A stretch of 64,000 nucleotides of DNA from Bigelowiella natans CCMP2755. Its lineage: Eukaryota > Protista > Cercozoa. Made by a program: the position numbers and the translations under genes. Within the stretch, counting starts at the first letter, position 1, and each line of letters begins with the position of its first letter. This document shows positions 26,405 to 41,203 of the stretch, piece by piece. The stretch lies in assembly GCA_000320545.1 (NCBI GenBank), contig ADNK01000140.1:1-64000 (forward strand). Reading direction: 5' to 3'. The notes beneath the pieces are model-generated. The model ran no database searches, had not been told where the DNA came from, and saw nothing but the letters and a program-made list of their open reading frames with translations.

Positions 26405-28110
26405 TTGATACGAGGGAGAACAGCGAGGACAGTATTCATAAGATGAGATCAGTAGTATGATGACTGTCGCTGCTACACCCGCTACAAGTACTATATATTA
26501 ATGTTGTTTATTTATTACCAGTATTACTTCCAAGTACAGTGCCAGAATAGATTTCGCTTGAAGGATTCAAGCATTGCAACCTCCTCGCCATCAATGGTTT
26601 GTTAATCTGATGACGATGACGATGACGACGACGATGATGATGATGATGATGACAATGTTCATATGTGTTACAGCAGCAACTTCTCTCAGAAATGCACGTA
26701 TACCAGCGACAGTGCTTGTCATTCTCTTGAAAGAAGTCGGAGAAAGAGAAGAAGGAAAAGAAGAAAATACAGTAGTAATTCTTCTTGTTATTACTAGTAT
26801 ACTAAAACAGCAGTAACAAGAACTGCTACTACAACCACTAATCTTTGATTCGATTATTACCCACACATCAGAAGATGTGCGCACAAACCAATCACATTTA
26901 TCTTTCCTTTATGGAGGAGGAGGAGGAGGAGGAGGAGGGAAGAGAACAGTAGAGCAATTAAACCAAAAATATAACAATAACGTTGATTGACATAAATATT
27001 TAGTCTATATTTAGTCTAAATCTAGTCTACATCTATGGTGATAGATAGGCCTCCTACTCTACGGGTTATTCGCATCTTCTTCTTCTTCTTCTTCTTCTTC
27101 TTCTTCTTCAGTTTCTCATGATTTCTTCTTTTCTCTGCTCACTGTTAGGGTCATTCTTCTTTTTCTTCTTCTTCTTCCACCTCTAGAACTCTTCCGGTGT
27201 CGTAGTACATTATTATCATCATCATCATCATTATCCAACAGCATAGCAGCATTGTAAGAAAAACAAAGAAGATATTGTTTGTTTGTTTGTTGTGGGATCA
27301 GGTTCATAGAGACCACAATGTTTCGTGCTCGAGAGAAAGAAGATCGAAGAGTATTATATCCTCATCTGATTATTGCAAGGAAGAAAAGAAAACAAGTAGC
27401 CATAAGGAGGGACAATAAGACTTACAGCAGCACAAATAGCAGAGCAGCAATATCTTCATTCTTTGCCAGCATGAGGACGAAATACATTATCATCATCATT
27501 GTACGCTTGTTTATATTTTCAAACACACTATAATAATCACGTCGTACTTTGGTCCTCATCTTCTCCCTCTTTGGGATCCTGGTAGTAGTTTATACTTCCC
27601 GTCTCAAACATAGATGCAAGTATGCCTTAGATATATGTGTTTAATGACACCACCGCATTAGTAAATAGTGAATCACAGCAGTGATATGCGTCTATTATCA
27701 AGTTATATATTGCGTAGTTGCAGTGTTATCGCGGTCGTTGTCATTTCAACAAAGAGAAAGAAAAAGAAGAAGAAGAAGAAGGAAAAAAAGATACACCACA
27801 CTGACTACAACATAACATGTTACGAGAAGAAAATAATACACCATTCTATACAAGTTTTCTTCCACACTGACAACATGTTACTAGTATTGCTTGCCGATGA
27901 CGATGAGATGTTTCCTCCCTGTCCTCCTTCTCTTTCTACTCCTCCTCCTCCCCCTTCCTTCTTCTTCTTTCTCAGAAGGAAAACCACCTACATGACGGTG
28001 AATAAAATCATCGTAATGGCAGGTATAGAAATTGAGAAACATTGGTTGTTTATCTCATCAGCAAGTATATGATGCTGCCGTCCTGATCTATCCAGAACTT
28101 ACATAAATGC

Positions 28111-28148
<38 letters not shown>

Positions 28149-28831
28149 TGTATATATCATATGTGCGTGTGCGAATGCGTATATCTTCACTCAATCGAAT
28201 TTTGATAAAAAGATGATAGACACACCGATGAAGAAGACGACGAAGAAGTTGTCGTAGAAGTAGTAGTAATAGGAAGAGGAGGCATTCCTGAGAAGCCCAT
28301 CGTTCCTCCTCCTCCTCCTCCTCCTCCTCCTCCTCCTCCGTGGGTACTGCTATTGGTTTCTTCTTTTTCTAATTTTTCCTTAACTAGGTAACACACCTAA
28401 GAATAGCAACCAACAAAGAAGGCTGTTGGATTCGGGATCCTTCATGCAAATGTGTAATATATTTAATTGATCATCAATATTCATGAATGGATGATGGCTG
28501 CTGCTAGCATAGTACCTTAGCATGTAAATTCTGTCGCTTTAGTGGTGAAGGCGGCCGCACGTAGATTTTCGGTGAAGTTTTGCCTGGTGTGATTGTTGAA
28601 AGAGACGATATGAGCATAAGAAGAATAAGTAGGAGCATCGTGTTGTCTTCTTTGTTTAATTGTTACATTTCTTGAATTTCCACCACGCTGGAGCATACTT
28701 CGGTACTCTGAGGAGATTGCTTGGTGTTGATTTGGGAGCTGACGAAGTGTATATATATATAAAAAGGGTTAGAACTCATGATGAAGATCATGGTGATCCT
28801 AATCATGCAGCAGATGAAGGCCCATGAGTAA

Positions 28832-28866
<35 letters not shown>

Positions 28867-28950
28867 ATTATAATTACATATATACGTTTCTTGCTAGTGC
28901 TACTACTACTGCTACTGTGGGACTGAGCAGTCCGTAATTGCTACTGCAGT

Positions 28951-28982
<32 letters not shown>

Positions 28983-29373
28983 CTTGCAAAATAGGAGTAC
29001 TCCATCATACACGACGTCGTCATGTGTGAGAATAATAATAGTAATAACAACAACAATAACAGTAATAATAATAATAGTAATAGCTCTTGTTGTTGTTGTT
29101 GTTGTGTTATTGCAGAGCAGCTGTTCAGACAATGGTCACTTGCAGCATACCAGTATTCTGCGGCGAGAAACCATATAGATCGCTTAAATTTTGGCATGAG
29201 CAATCCCACGGACGGCAATGTACTATTATAGTTAATGATGAGACGATGTTCTTACAGAATGATGATGAGTAGCCATCATCAAAGATAAGAAGAGGGTACT
29301 GTTATATCACTATCATCGTCATGGGAAATAACCACCTTCACGTGATTTTTTGAATCCATGTTTGTTGAGCCTG

Positions 29374-29405
<32 letters not shown>

Positions 29406-29495
29406 TTTATAATGGTGTGATAACGATAAATCGTGATGTATCGTGATAATTAAGTTGCTCAATAGCGAAAAAGAAAGTGGTTCCTCAGTATGACA

Positions 29496-29527
<32 letters not shown>

Positions 29528-29568
29528 TTACTACTATTATTACTAGAAAGTGGTTCCTCAGTATGACA

Positions 29569-29600
<32 letters not shown>

Positions 29601-29641
29601 TTACTACTATTATTACTAGAAAGTGGTTCCTCAGTATGACA

Positions 29642-29673
<32 letters not shown>

Positions 29674-29714
29674 TTACTACTATTATTACTAGAAAGTGGT
29701 TCCTCAGTATGACA

Positions 29715-29749
<35 letters not shown>

Positions 29750-29848
29750 TTACTAGAAAGTGGTTCCTCAGTATGACATACTACTACTACTACTACTACT
29801 ACTACTATTACTACTATTATTACTAGAAAGTGGTTCCTCAGTATGACA

Positions 29849-29883
<35 letters not shown>

Positions 29884-29924
29884 TTACTACTATTATTACT
29901 AGAAAGTGGTTCCTCAGTGTAACA

Positions 29925-29956
<32 letters not shown>

Positions 29957-31084
29957 TTACTATTACCCGTTTTGCAGAGTACATTTCCGGTGATCTTTGA
30001 ATATCGATGGATCCAGCCTGATCATACATACGACGATAAGTTTACTACAACAACACTACAACATTCCAGAGAGAGGAGGAGGAGGAGGAGTATCATCTAA
30101 GTACTACTACTCCTACTACTACGACTACTACTAAAATATATGAATCTCTTCTCCTGACTGATTTCTCTGATAGCAGTGGTGATGGCGGCAAGCTTCGAAT
30201 TTCTCTCTCCGGAGCTCTAATTCGTACGCTATTGTTTGAAAGTACTTCGGTGGCACCTTAAAAACACCACCACCAGCATTATAACCACAGGAGAAGAGAA
30301 GGAGCAAGAAACGGGGGAAAGGATAGGGGATATGGGCAGGAAGAAGAAGAAGAAGAAGAAGAAGAAGAAGAAGAAGGAGGAGGATAGGGGATATGGGCAA
30401 GAAGAGGAAGAAGAAGAAGAGAACAATTCAGGCTGTGGTCTGCCGCACGGAATAATGTTGTTTGCGATTATTTGTAGGTACGATGAGATGTAAACAACAA
30501 CAACAACAACAATAATAACAACAACAACAACAACAAATTATGGATATACTGCTACTAGTAGTAGTAGCTATCCTCGTGAATAATCCTTCTCTTTTCAAAG
30601 CAGCAGCATCTAAAATTGTGGATGATGCTGATGCCATTCTTCTGCGGTTAAATCCCAAAACATGTTGCTTGCTCCATATCATGGAAGAAGAAGGAGGATA
30701 TCGTCATTATTATTATCATTATTATTACTATTACTACACAATAAGCTTGATAATAACATTATGTTCTTTTGATCTATCTACTACTTGGATCATCATCACC
30801 ATCATCACCACCATCCTCGTCGTTACTATGGTCATCTATCTATCTATTTACCACCATCGTTATCGTTCATTTACCACTAAAACACGTATGACAGCTATAT
30901 TCTACTACCTTGTGGAAGTACATCAGACAGTTTTGAGCGTCGTCTTTTAATTAATAATCATAATAAATAATACATAGGCACTGATATTGTTTGTATCGGT
31001 GTATATGCTAACATGCATACATTACTCCTACCCTGAGTGTGTAACCATGTTGTTATGCTTTCTCTCGCCTCGTCGTCTCTCCAA

Positions 31085-31119
<35 letters not shown>

Positions 31120-31564
31120 AAAGATGATACGATAAAACACCAACCCGGAGTTTCACCAAAAGGCTCTAGTTGTTTCATAAGCTCTTCCTGTTTGAGGATA
31201 AGAGAGGATTGCGAGCAGTAGCAGGGAATGTAACTCAGTATACAGAATCTGGCTGAGGTACACCCAGGAACAAAGCACAAAACAATTTAGAAAGAGGTGG
31301 ATGATACGAGGACCACATGCAATGATATGCCCTTCATCATCTTGTGGTAATCGTGATGATGATGACGATGATGATGATGATAGTGTTTTGTGCTGCTGCT
31401 GCTGCTGCTGCTGCTGCTGCAGGGAGAGACACACAAGTGTTACACCACCCTTGGCAGAAAAACACTATCATCATAATCATCATCATCATCCTCATCATTG
31501 ATGTGGCCTTCATCCTCCTCCTCATTCTCTTTCCTCTTCTTTCCTTAGTTTGATTATCATTCGT

Positions 31565-31599
<35 letters not shown>

Positions 31600-31698
31600 T
31601 GATCATTCCTCTTCCTTACGCGAGACATATTAGGCGTTGGAGTGAACCAGATTTGCGTTTTCTCCATAGCCAGACTGCCCAGGAGGTAGTAGAAGAAG

Positions 31699-31730
<32 letters not shown>

Positions 31731-32372
31731 CACAATATACTGTGTGAGATATTGATTATACATCTAATGTTTCAGCTACTGCTGCTACTGCTACAAGTAG
31801 TCTTTCTAATGTCTTATCGAGTAATAATACCTACCTTGGGTGGCCAATTGTATTTTCGAAGCAAACTTCGTGTTTAAGCTAGGAAAGGAGGGAGGAGGGT
31901 CAGTAGAAGGAGGAGGAGGAGGAGGAGGGACCAATAACTTGTTTCAGTAGCTTTCTTTTGATAAATTGTTTCATAAATTCTAAATATCGGTAGAGAAAAG
32001 AATAACTAAAGCAGCAGCAGCAGCAGCAGGAGCAGCAGAGGAATTATGATAGATATACTGTTTCCACAATGATGATAACCCCAATAATACCATTACTACA
32101 ACACGCCCACTACCGCATCATTCACACAGCAACAATAACAATAACAGCATGCTCCAACTACTACTACTTCTACTATTACGGTTGCAGATGACTACGTTCT
32201 TAAAGACAATATTTTATACCAAGAATCTTGCAAATCGTAGATCCTCCCCGAGGTACCTATTGGCTACAATAATACACAGCAGACGAGGAAAAGGAAGGTA
32301 CTTGATTAATGAAGACGATTTCTTGTTCTCATTCTTTTTCTTCTTCTTTCTTCTTCTTCTCTTCCTCCTCCT

Positions 32373-32410
<38 letters not shown>

Positions 32411-33581
32411 TGCTACAGATCATATAGAAAGGGAAAAACTCAACAACAACAACAACAACAACCAAGATAACACCACCTACCTATCTACCTACCTTTTAAC
32501 TTCTTAGTTCTATCAGGTGTAAGTTAACACCACCTACCTATCTACCTACCTTTTAACTTCTTAGTTCTATCAGGTGTAAGTTGCCACTTGCCGTTCTCCA
32601 TCCACTCGTCAAAACGAAGCTGAAAGATGAGATGAGATAAGATTAGAGACGAACGTGATGTGAGTGAGGATAATAATATTACAACAACGAATGCATGGTT
32701 GTTCACAGTTAAGTCTTAACTCCTCCTCCTCCTCCTTATTCTTTATTATAGTTTCGTTATTATGTGTTTGCAGAATAAATATATGGGGAGAGCAGAGTGC
32801 CAAGCCCATTACCGCAAGCCCTCTTGAAACAAAATAACACGCTCCGACAGCATGCTGTAATCCCATTATGCCGTTCTGCTTCCCAGTCAAGTCTAAAAGC
32901 ATCAGTTTATCACTAAATCAATGAATGAATCAACACACATCATGATGATGATGATGATGATGGATTCCATTAAATGTCTTCTTCTTCTTCTTCTTCTTCT
33001 TCTTCTTCTTCATAATCCTAGATAGTAACTGCAATAATAACCATCAACACGACGTATCCTTGCAAACCCCCGCCCAAAATAGCCGGAGTATAGTTCCATC
33101 ATGGGATCTCTACACCTGTATGGTACGTTATTTGCTCATGAACTGCGCCAAGAAGACGACACGACTGAGACGGTCAAGAGAGGAGGAATAATGTGCTGCT
33201 GCTGCTTTTGTTGGATTATGTTACTATCCATGACAATTTACAATCTACTTATTACCGCAGGGTTTCCTTTAAAAGTGGGTAGTTGATGAAAGTGTCGTCG
33301 TCGACTTTCATAATCCAGTCACACTCTAGAAAGAAGAGGAAGAAGAAGAAGTAAACAGTAGTAGTATAGTAGTAGTAGTAGTGAGATTATTCAAAAGAGG
33401 CTGAAAGGGAGGAATATGTAATGGATTACGAAATATGATGCTGTCACTACTACTACTAGTAGTAGTGCTATTCTTCCTTTTCTCTTACCACTAAACGTAG
33501 TATTGATGTTGTCTGAGATGAATTGGTACATAAGCTCTGTCTTCTTATATAGCATCGTGTAGGAATCCTTGTAGTAGATTA

Positions 33582-33614
<33 letters not shown>

Positions 33615-33661
33615 CGACAAGGACAAGATCAATAAGGGGGTTGCAGATACTATTCATAAGG

Positions 33662-33717
<56 letters not shown>

Positions 33718-34743
33718 TATAACTTATGTGCATTGGCGGGTGGTGTGTGTGTGTGTGTGTGTGTGTGTGTCTGTGTGTGTGTGTAATATTAGATACACAT
33801 GTACTGTGTGATATTGCTATATTTTATACGGACGTTGTGGGGCACAATGAGCAACTTGTCTCTATCATCCCAGGGATCATCCTATTAAAGGACATACACT
33901 ATCATCAGCGAGGCCGAAGCAAATGATATTCGAGGTATTCGGAAAGCGACGATAACGTTATGAATATGAAACTATCAGGCAGTGTTTTTTCTACCACCTA
34001 CTACTACTACTACTACTACTACTACTTTGTCCTCGTCAGTTTTATGTTACACAGGTAGTAGCTACCAGCACACACGAACAACAGCAACGACGACGACGCA
34101 CAAACACAGATGCAATATGCACATACATACTACCACAATGATTGTTTGCTGGATACTTGGATCGGCAAGAACCCAATAATTTCGTAGTGGGAATCCTGGC
34201 ATTGCCTACGGTGAGTGAGATGTTACGAAGCAGAAGAAGATGAGAGAACATCTTTAAGACCTTCATGGCGAATTTAGCTTCTGAGTTGTTTGTCCGTGTC
34301 ATTGCAAACTGACATATCGTTTGCTCTCTGGATGGGATACAAACGTCAAAGTGAGATGGGGGGACAATGAGTATTTTTCATAGGAGAAGGAATTGTGATA
34401 ATGATGCTGGACGAACAAATGTGGGACTTTAATACTTTGGTTGTGGTGACAGTGCTGTTTCCGTTGGCAAAGCTATTTCTTGTGCGGAAGAATTCCCTTC
34501 TTGTTGTGCTAAAATGATGCTACTATCTACCCTGTACAACAATCGAACACAGTCATCATTGGACATCAACCTTTCACAGAAATCGAAAACTAACCTTAGA
34601 GCAGTTCTGACTGGGGTTTGAAAGTTAAAATACATCAGCCCGTAGAAGAGGAATATGGTTGCTAGTGTCGCGGGACAAAGCATTAACACACCCCATCCCC
34701 TTCTTCGCCAGGAGAATACATTCCAACTGATTCTCATTTTCAA
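24247..34743 (-). CDS. One or two heavily intron-split genes; N-terminus resembles a type II membrane protein (possibly glycan-modifying); function unknown
   Basis: First exon MKMRISWNVFSWRRRGWGVLMLCPATLATIFLFYGLMYF has a short basic tail plus one TM helix. Phase-compatible follow-on exons EQTICQFAMTRTNNSEAKFAMK|AMPGFPLRNYWVLADPSIQQTIIV. Charged exon at 25090-25330. Candidate last exon ends at 24247. No family motif was recognised. Confidence 0.45.
29474..29960 (+). repeat. Compound minisatellite: 7 units of a 24-bp core plus (CTA)n, intronic
   Basis: The core AAAGTGGTTCCTCAGTATGACATA starts at 29474, 29547, 29620, 29693, 29757, 29827 and 29903 (last copy variant). Each is followed by a variable (CTA)n tract, ending ...TATTACTAG in the first six units. 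Confidence 0.95.
32468..32581 (+). repeat. 57-bp perfect tandem duplication, intronic
   Basis: TAACACCACCTACCTATCTACCTACCTTTTAACTTCTTAGTTCTATCAGGTGTAAGT at 32468 and again at 32525. Confidence 0.95.
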
Positions 34744-35479
34744 TGCTGGGTCTCTATAGCTGCGAAATCTTTCTTAGCTGAATCATCGGCAAAAGCAGCA
34801 GAAAGATCGTATAGGGTCGATTATCATCCTCCTCCCCTTCGACTCGTCATCGTCATCATCGTCGTCGTCGTCGTGTGAATTGATCAGTGGTGATGATAGC
34901 CTTCCCATTTTGTTGTGCGACAACCTAAAACAGACTTATTATGTATAAATTCCCACGTGTTTTCCTCATCATTTGTTGGCATGCGATTGAAGCAGTGCCT
35001 GATTGGTACCTCCAAGGATCCTTTCAACCCCGCCATTGGAATCGATTCATTCATTCAGGATGCGTTCACATCCCCCCCCCCCCCCCTTTTCGTGTCCTTC
35101 TTCATATTTTTCTTCTCTTTGCCTGACGCGAGGATGGAAAAGTGTGATGATTCTGCGACGACAACACCACTGGCATGCCAGCATGGGTGGCATCGATGAT
35201 CAGAACCACGAAAACAGCAGAAGAAAATGAAAAGGACCAACACCAATTCCATTTTTGTGTCAACGGTTCATCTGCATGTTTCAGACTCGAAATCATGGCC
35301 TTTTGTTAGGCTTCCACAAAAGCGTAGTTGGGAAAGTGTCACAAAATCGCAACACCACCCTCACAGCTCAGCACGGATTGCCCCTGCCTCCCCTTGCTTC
35401 ACTTTTGAAACCAGACGATCCAGTGTGGCTCCATGGGGGTGGGAGGCACCATCATCGTCATGTTGGTGCCTACATCCTA

Positions 35480-36000
35480 CCCCCATGCTAGCATGGGTGC
35501 TAGCTGCGCTGCGGTTGCACAGTGCACTTGACGCACAGCGTGGTGTCGATTTGCTGCACGTCTAGACGTGTCTGGAGGCCTGGGCGACATCCAGACACGT
35601 TGAAGTGATCTGACCGTGCGTGCACGCTTCAGCTTGCACAAGCACATCGCGAATGACAACGCAACACTGGACCACTCTGGCACTGCTAGACTGCTAGACT
35701 GCCCATGCTAGCATGCTAGCATGCCGCAGCCAGCATCGCACTGGAGCATGCTACACGTGGCATGCATGGCATGCTAGCACACTTGCTAGCTCTAGAGCTG
35801 TTGCGATGACGATTGAGTGTCCGGCAGAAAGAAAGCACGATCATGCACCGCTGCTGCGTGCGCACATATACAGCACATGCTAGCAGGGCTAGATGGATGC
35901 CCACGCAATGAGCTCATGCCATGCTAGCATGACTCACACATTTTCTGCATCACTGCATCCACCATTGTTCTGTGATGCCTAGCTAGCTAGCAGTAATGTG
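35480..36000. other. Palindrome-rich intergenic spacer D
   Basis: CCCATGCTAGCATGGG at 35482-35497; CATGCTAGCATG at 35704, 35712 and 35920; CACGTCTAGACGTG at 35557-35570; 11-bp stem ACGTGTCTGGA/TCCAGACACGT at 35566-35600. Confidence 0.75.
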
Positions 36001-36372
36001 CGTGCAAGCTTGGTGCGATCTGTATATTCAATGTATACTTTTGTGGTCAGTTACCATTCCATCGATTCAGCGCTCGTAGGCATTCGCAAGTGCCAGCACA
36101 GCAACGATGGATGGCTCCAATGGACTTGCTACTTCAATTGCAACAGCACACTAACGTGCTATTACGTGCACAATATGTGTGACGGCGTCATCATCGTCCA
36201 CTTCATTGTGTCGCCCTCCGCTTGCTCTAGATTTGCACGAGCTACACATATCTGGCATGTGTCCCATTCATGATCCTTCACAACCACGTTTGCGCTACAC
36301 GTTTCTCCTTGTTCGTCTTCAGAGCTCAAAAACTACGCAACGTCTTGTAGCATTTCGGCATCCAAATTGCCA

Positions 36373-37791
36373 TCATCTCTCAGTTGTAGATTCATCAGAA
36401 TCACGAAAGTTGTTTTGGACGTTACTTTCCTCCTCCTCGCCAATTTTATCCCCAAACTCTTCCTCACTGCTGAAGTCGCTCCAATCACTCCACTCTTCCT
36501 CAGTCACTTCGCTGTTAAAAGCATCGGCGACACCAATGGTAGCCATATTATTCGTCTTAGCAAGGATTTGGTGCTGCTGCATTGATGGTGAAGGATTGTC
36601 CCCTTCTTCGTCTCCTTCTTTTTAAAGAAGAATATGTTAAAATAATGAACAGTCCCTTCATGCTTCTTCAATGATTTTACCATCAATTTCATCTGAAGAG
36701 AAATCGTCGATTCCATCCTCGAAGTCACCTGGTAAAAATTCGCATAGATTATTTTCGGCTAGCAGCCAAGAACGAGCAGGAAACTACGAAGGTACTACTT
36801 GTAAATCTACAACATACCGTCCACTGGGATATATTCCGGAATTATGCCTTCGCCAGTTGCTTTAAGCTGCGCAATACACCGGCATTGATAAACATTTCAG
36901 AGTACTAATCCGCTACGAAATTCACAGCAGTGTACATATATTTAGTCGAAGAAGTGGTAGACGATTATATACCCTACCTTGCAAAATGTATTACATATTT
37001 TAGCACACCATATACTGAACGTATAGATACTTTCATAAAGAGGTGGAAATGGAAGAGCTGTACGAATCTCACCCACCGTTTTTTGATGTTTATCGTAGAT
37101 GAGAGCCCTCATTAGGGCAGCTTTCCAAGGGGAGAAGACCTAAGAAAGCATTGACTATTTTCGATGAAATATCACGAAAGAACAACATCAAAAAGAGACG
37201 AACGGACGCTGAATACTATGACGTAAGATCGTCGCGGTAGTTGCAAGTCAATTTTCAATAACGACTTTGAAACAAAAAACATGATATCTGCTAGATTATC
37301 GTCACCATTACTATTAGCAGCACTCACTATATATGACCACCTCCAAATCTTCCAGGGTTCCATCAAGTTTTGCAGCTTGAATTGACTAAGAGGGGAGGAG
37401 AAACAGTATACGATAATACTCCACAAACAAGTATAATTCTATCAATAAGACAACTGTCCTGGTCATCTTCTACTTTGTTGCTTTTCAGTTTGTTCTAGTC
37501 GTCGTTAACGTCCTTCGTGGCGTTTGGTGATCATCATGCTGAATGCTTATGTTTTATGATGTGACATATCATCACATACATACCGCTCCAAGGGCTACAG
37601 CATAGTCTGGGTCCACTGTGCGACTTGGCGCTATCTGTGTAACAACAAGACAACGACGATGACGACGATGAAAGCTGATGATTTGACTACTGCTACTACT
37701 ACTACTACTACTAATACTACCACTACTACTACTACTACTAGATTGGAGATGTGACTAAAAACAGGTAGTCATTCATTCACACAAAGTGGTA

Positions 37792-37827
<36 letters not shown>

Positions 37828-39676
37828 CTGGTTGTAGCACTACGTGTTGTTAAACTATTCCTTCTTCTTCTTCTTCTTCATCATCATCATATTCTCTTTA
37901 CTGAACGAGTACTCACCCCAGTAACACGGGTTAGCATACGTATTATGGAGGGTGTGCGAGTCGCCCCTCCCACCAGCACGACTTGATCCAAGGGCTGACC
38001 CTGATATCAAGGATGAGGAGGAGAATAATAGCGACTTTTAAGAAAGGAAATATGACAAACTCACTCAAGTAAGCTTTGGGATTGAAAGGCGTGATACGGA
38101 TTAAAACACCCTTAGATTTCACCATAAAGGATGGTGCTATGAAGCTATCATGATGCATGTCACAGTCTCGTTTCGATAGCTCGAGCAGTAGCAGCACGGG
38201 TGCTAGCAATTGCAAAACCTATTCATAACTACATACTACTAATACTACTACTGTTACTGATACTACTCCTCTACACGTAGTACCTGTGGTATCTTTGATA
38301 ACTTTACAGTATTTCCTCCTCCTCCTCCTCCGGATCCTCTATCTCCCTTCTTCTTCTTCTTCTGTCCTTGCCCTAAAGAAAAGAAGAAAAATGAGGAGGA
38401 GGAGGATGAGGTACCATGGGCGCTTGTATTCATTAAAGGATGGCAAACAGACAACCAACCTGCAGATTCGTCCAAACGTTTTCGGAGTAGGTTCATTTCC
38501 CTGAGTGTCCTATATATGCATCATAGCACCGCACTATACACTTAGATTATTGAGGACAGACAGTATATATCTGGGGGAAACAGCCATAATAGTCACAAGA
38601 GCATGCAATGGGATTATGATAAGACGGTCAATACAACGATATAGTAATGGATGATTATACCTTTCCTTCTTACGCTTGGATCTCTTTATCTCAAGTCGCT
38701 GCTTGTCGTCCAGCACTCCTGGTTATCACATGAAATATGATGATGAAGACAGGAGGGGAGGAGGATTAGAAGGATGATGATGATGTCCCTCTTATCAAAT
38801 GGAGAAGTAACAAGCGTGGTATTGCTACTGCAGGAGTAATTGTATCAGTATTTAATTTAATATCATCTATCCATAGACTGTTCTTCTATCAAGAAAGGAG
38901 GAGGAAGAGGAGGAGGAAGAGGAGGAGGAAAAAGAAAAAGAAAACAATCAAAGAAACTCAAAAGCTGCTGCAACCTTGAATTTCATCGTCTTGGAATAGC
39001 ATTTCACTGGCACCTTCGTCACCTATTATGCAGAGAAGTAGCTACGTAAATGATATAGGATCATTCTCAAATAAATATGATTACAAAATAACCTGGGAGT
39101 GCCACTCCGGCAGTCAATGCAACCTACCCAGTGATGCATAAGAAACAATAGAAATCGACTGTTATGGATTTAAATTTAGTTATTTTAACCAACACTTGTG
39201 GTGTATCAGAAGCAAAAAAGATTGGTGATAAACATCAAAACACGAATAGAATAATATAAGTTTCACTTTACCTCACATACACACAGGCGCACACACGGTT
39301 GTCATTGAAGTGACTTCACTAGGAACAATGAGCTCTTAGAAGTATTACCTGCCGTAGTGGTTTCATCAAACGCTCTAGTAGAGGTGCTATAACCTAAGGA
39401 AAGAGGCTTCTCAATCAGGAAAGAAATACACTCACAGGAAGATACTAATATTTTGTCATCACGAAGCTATTATTAATGGACAAACGAACGAGAAAGAATC
39501 AACAGAATTGCACTTCATTGCGAGTTGATAGATTGTTTCACAGTTATGATGGAGATGATCTACCTCCTCAAACTTTTCCCTTGTGAGTTTTTCCTCAAAA
39601 TTAGTCAACCCATCTAGCTTCTCAAGCTGCAGTTAGTGATAGTGATCATAATCACCAGTATCATTACACATTATGT

Positions 39677-39711
<35 letters not shown>

Positions 39712-40706
39712 CACACAAAATGCGTTAAACAGGACTAGCTATGAGGAGGAAGATCAGATTGCTTGGCAATACTCGGTCCGCGAGAAAACACCTCCTCCTT
39801 CTCCTCCTCCTCCTCCTCCTCCTCCTCCTTTTATGACGACGACGACCTTAATGGTGACGGATTTCTTGTCACTCAGCCTCTCACGTGCCGCTCGCATTGC
39901 TAGCTTCAAGCGCGCCATACTTACACCTACCGGTTGTGATCATCATCATCGTCATGATCGTCATCATCATGCCCTCCACAAATTGTTGTCATAAACATTC
40001 CAGAAGTGTAGCAGTGTATGTAGCAGCAGCAGCACCACAGAGAATCAGTAGACACTACTACAGTAGTACTTAAACACATACATACATACATACATACATA
40101 CATACAGCTGTGGTTTACTAAACCTATCTTTTCAATATCGTCTCGCCCCCCTTTGGATTTGAATACTTGGCATGCCCAGGAGACGAGGTAGGAATCGAAG
40201 TCATCTCCTCCAAGGCGGTCATTCCTACAAATATAGGTGTTAGTAGGTCGGAGATCTAATCCAGCAGCACTTTTGATTGTTGTTTCGTGCAACTGAGAAT
40301 GATGGTCACTATCATTGCAAGCATTTCCCTTCAGTAAGAGGAGAAAGTGTTTGTGCAATATTAATATTTCTATTACAATAACAACCCTAACCTCTCTCTC
40401 TCCCTCTCTCTCTTTCTTGCACAATGTACTTCTGATATCATATTTTGATTTGATAGCTGCAAGTACCCTCCTGTTGCTATGACTTCAATCGCACCTCCAC
40501 CAACCTAAATTGCCATTTGTAGAAGAGAAGGAGGAGAAGATCAGTAAAAGGTGCTGCAAAGAACAAAATAAGGTCACGAATCTTCCATACAAATTTTATA
40601 TTTCTGTCCTACACTACAGTCCTCCTGCTATTATATATCTCTCTCCTTCTCTCTACACACATATAGAGGCATTATGGAAATCCACACACGCGCGCGCACA
40701 CACACA

Positions 40707-40743
<37 letters not shown>

Positions 40744-41156
40744 TTCGTTATCGCCATAGTCCTTTACTTCCAATACGGAGCAATCGAACGTTCCACCACC
40801 AAGATCAAATACAAGAATAAGCTGTAATAAAGGTTGTTGCGAAGAGTACAGTAAGAATAGTAATGACGATTGCAGGAAGGAGGAGGAGGAGGAGGTGTAG
40901 GAGAAGGAGGCCAAGAGAAAAAAATAAGGACATGACTAGTGAGTTGTATGACAGCAAGATAGATTTTACGTGGAAAATAATTTGATGAGCATGCTTCTTT
41001 GTTGCGATTGATAGTTGCATCACCTGATCTTCACTCTTATCTACTCCATAGGCCAAAGCAGCGGCTTCTGGCTCCCTTAATAGCTGTACCTTCTCAAAAC
41101 CACCGAGTTGCCCTGAATATGTCGGCGAAAATTCATCAAGGATTATGTATATGTTT

Positions 41157-41203
<47 letters not shown>

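Noticed and set aside
29474-29960. CRISPR-like repeat-spacer array
   Set aside because: The 'spacers' are all the same (CTA)n tract, the context is a eukaryotic intron, and no cas genes are present.
29474-29960. Recursive splice sites in each minisatellite unit (TTTCTAGTAAT on the minus strand)
   Set aside because: The AG and GT share one G, so the required AG|GT junction is absent.
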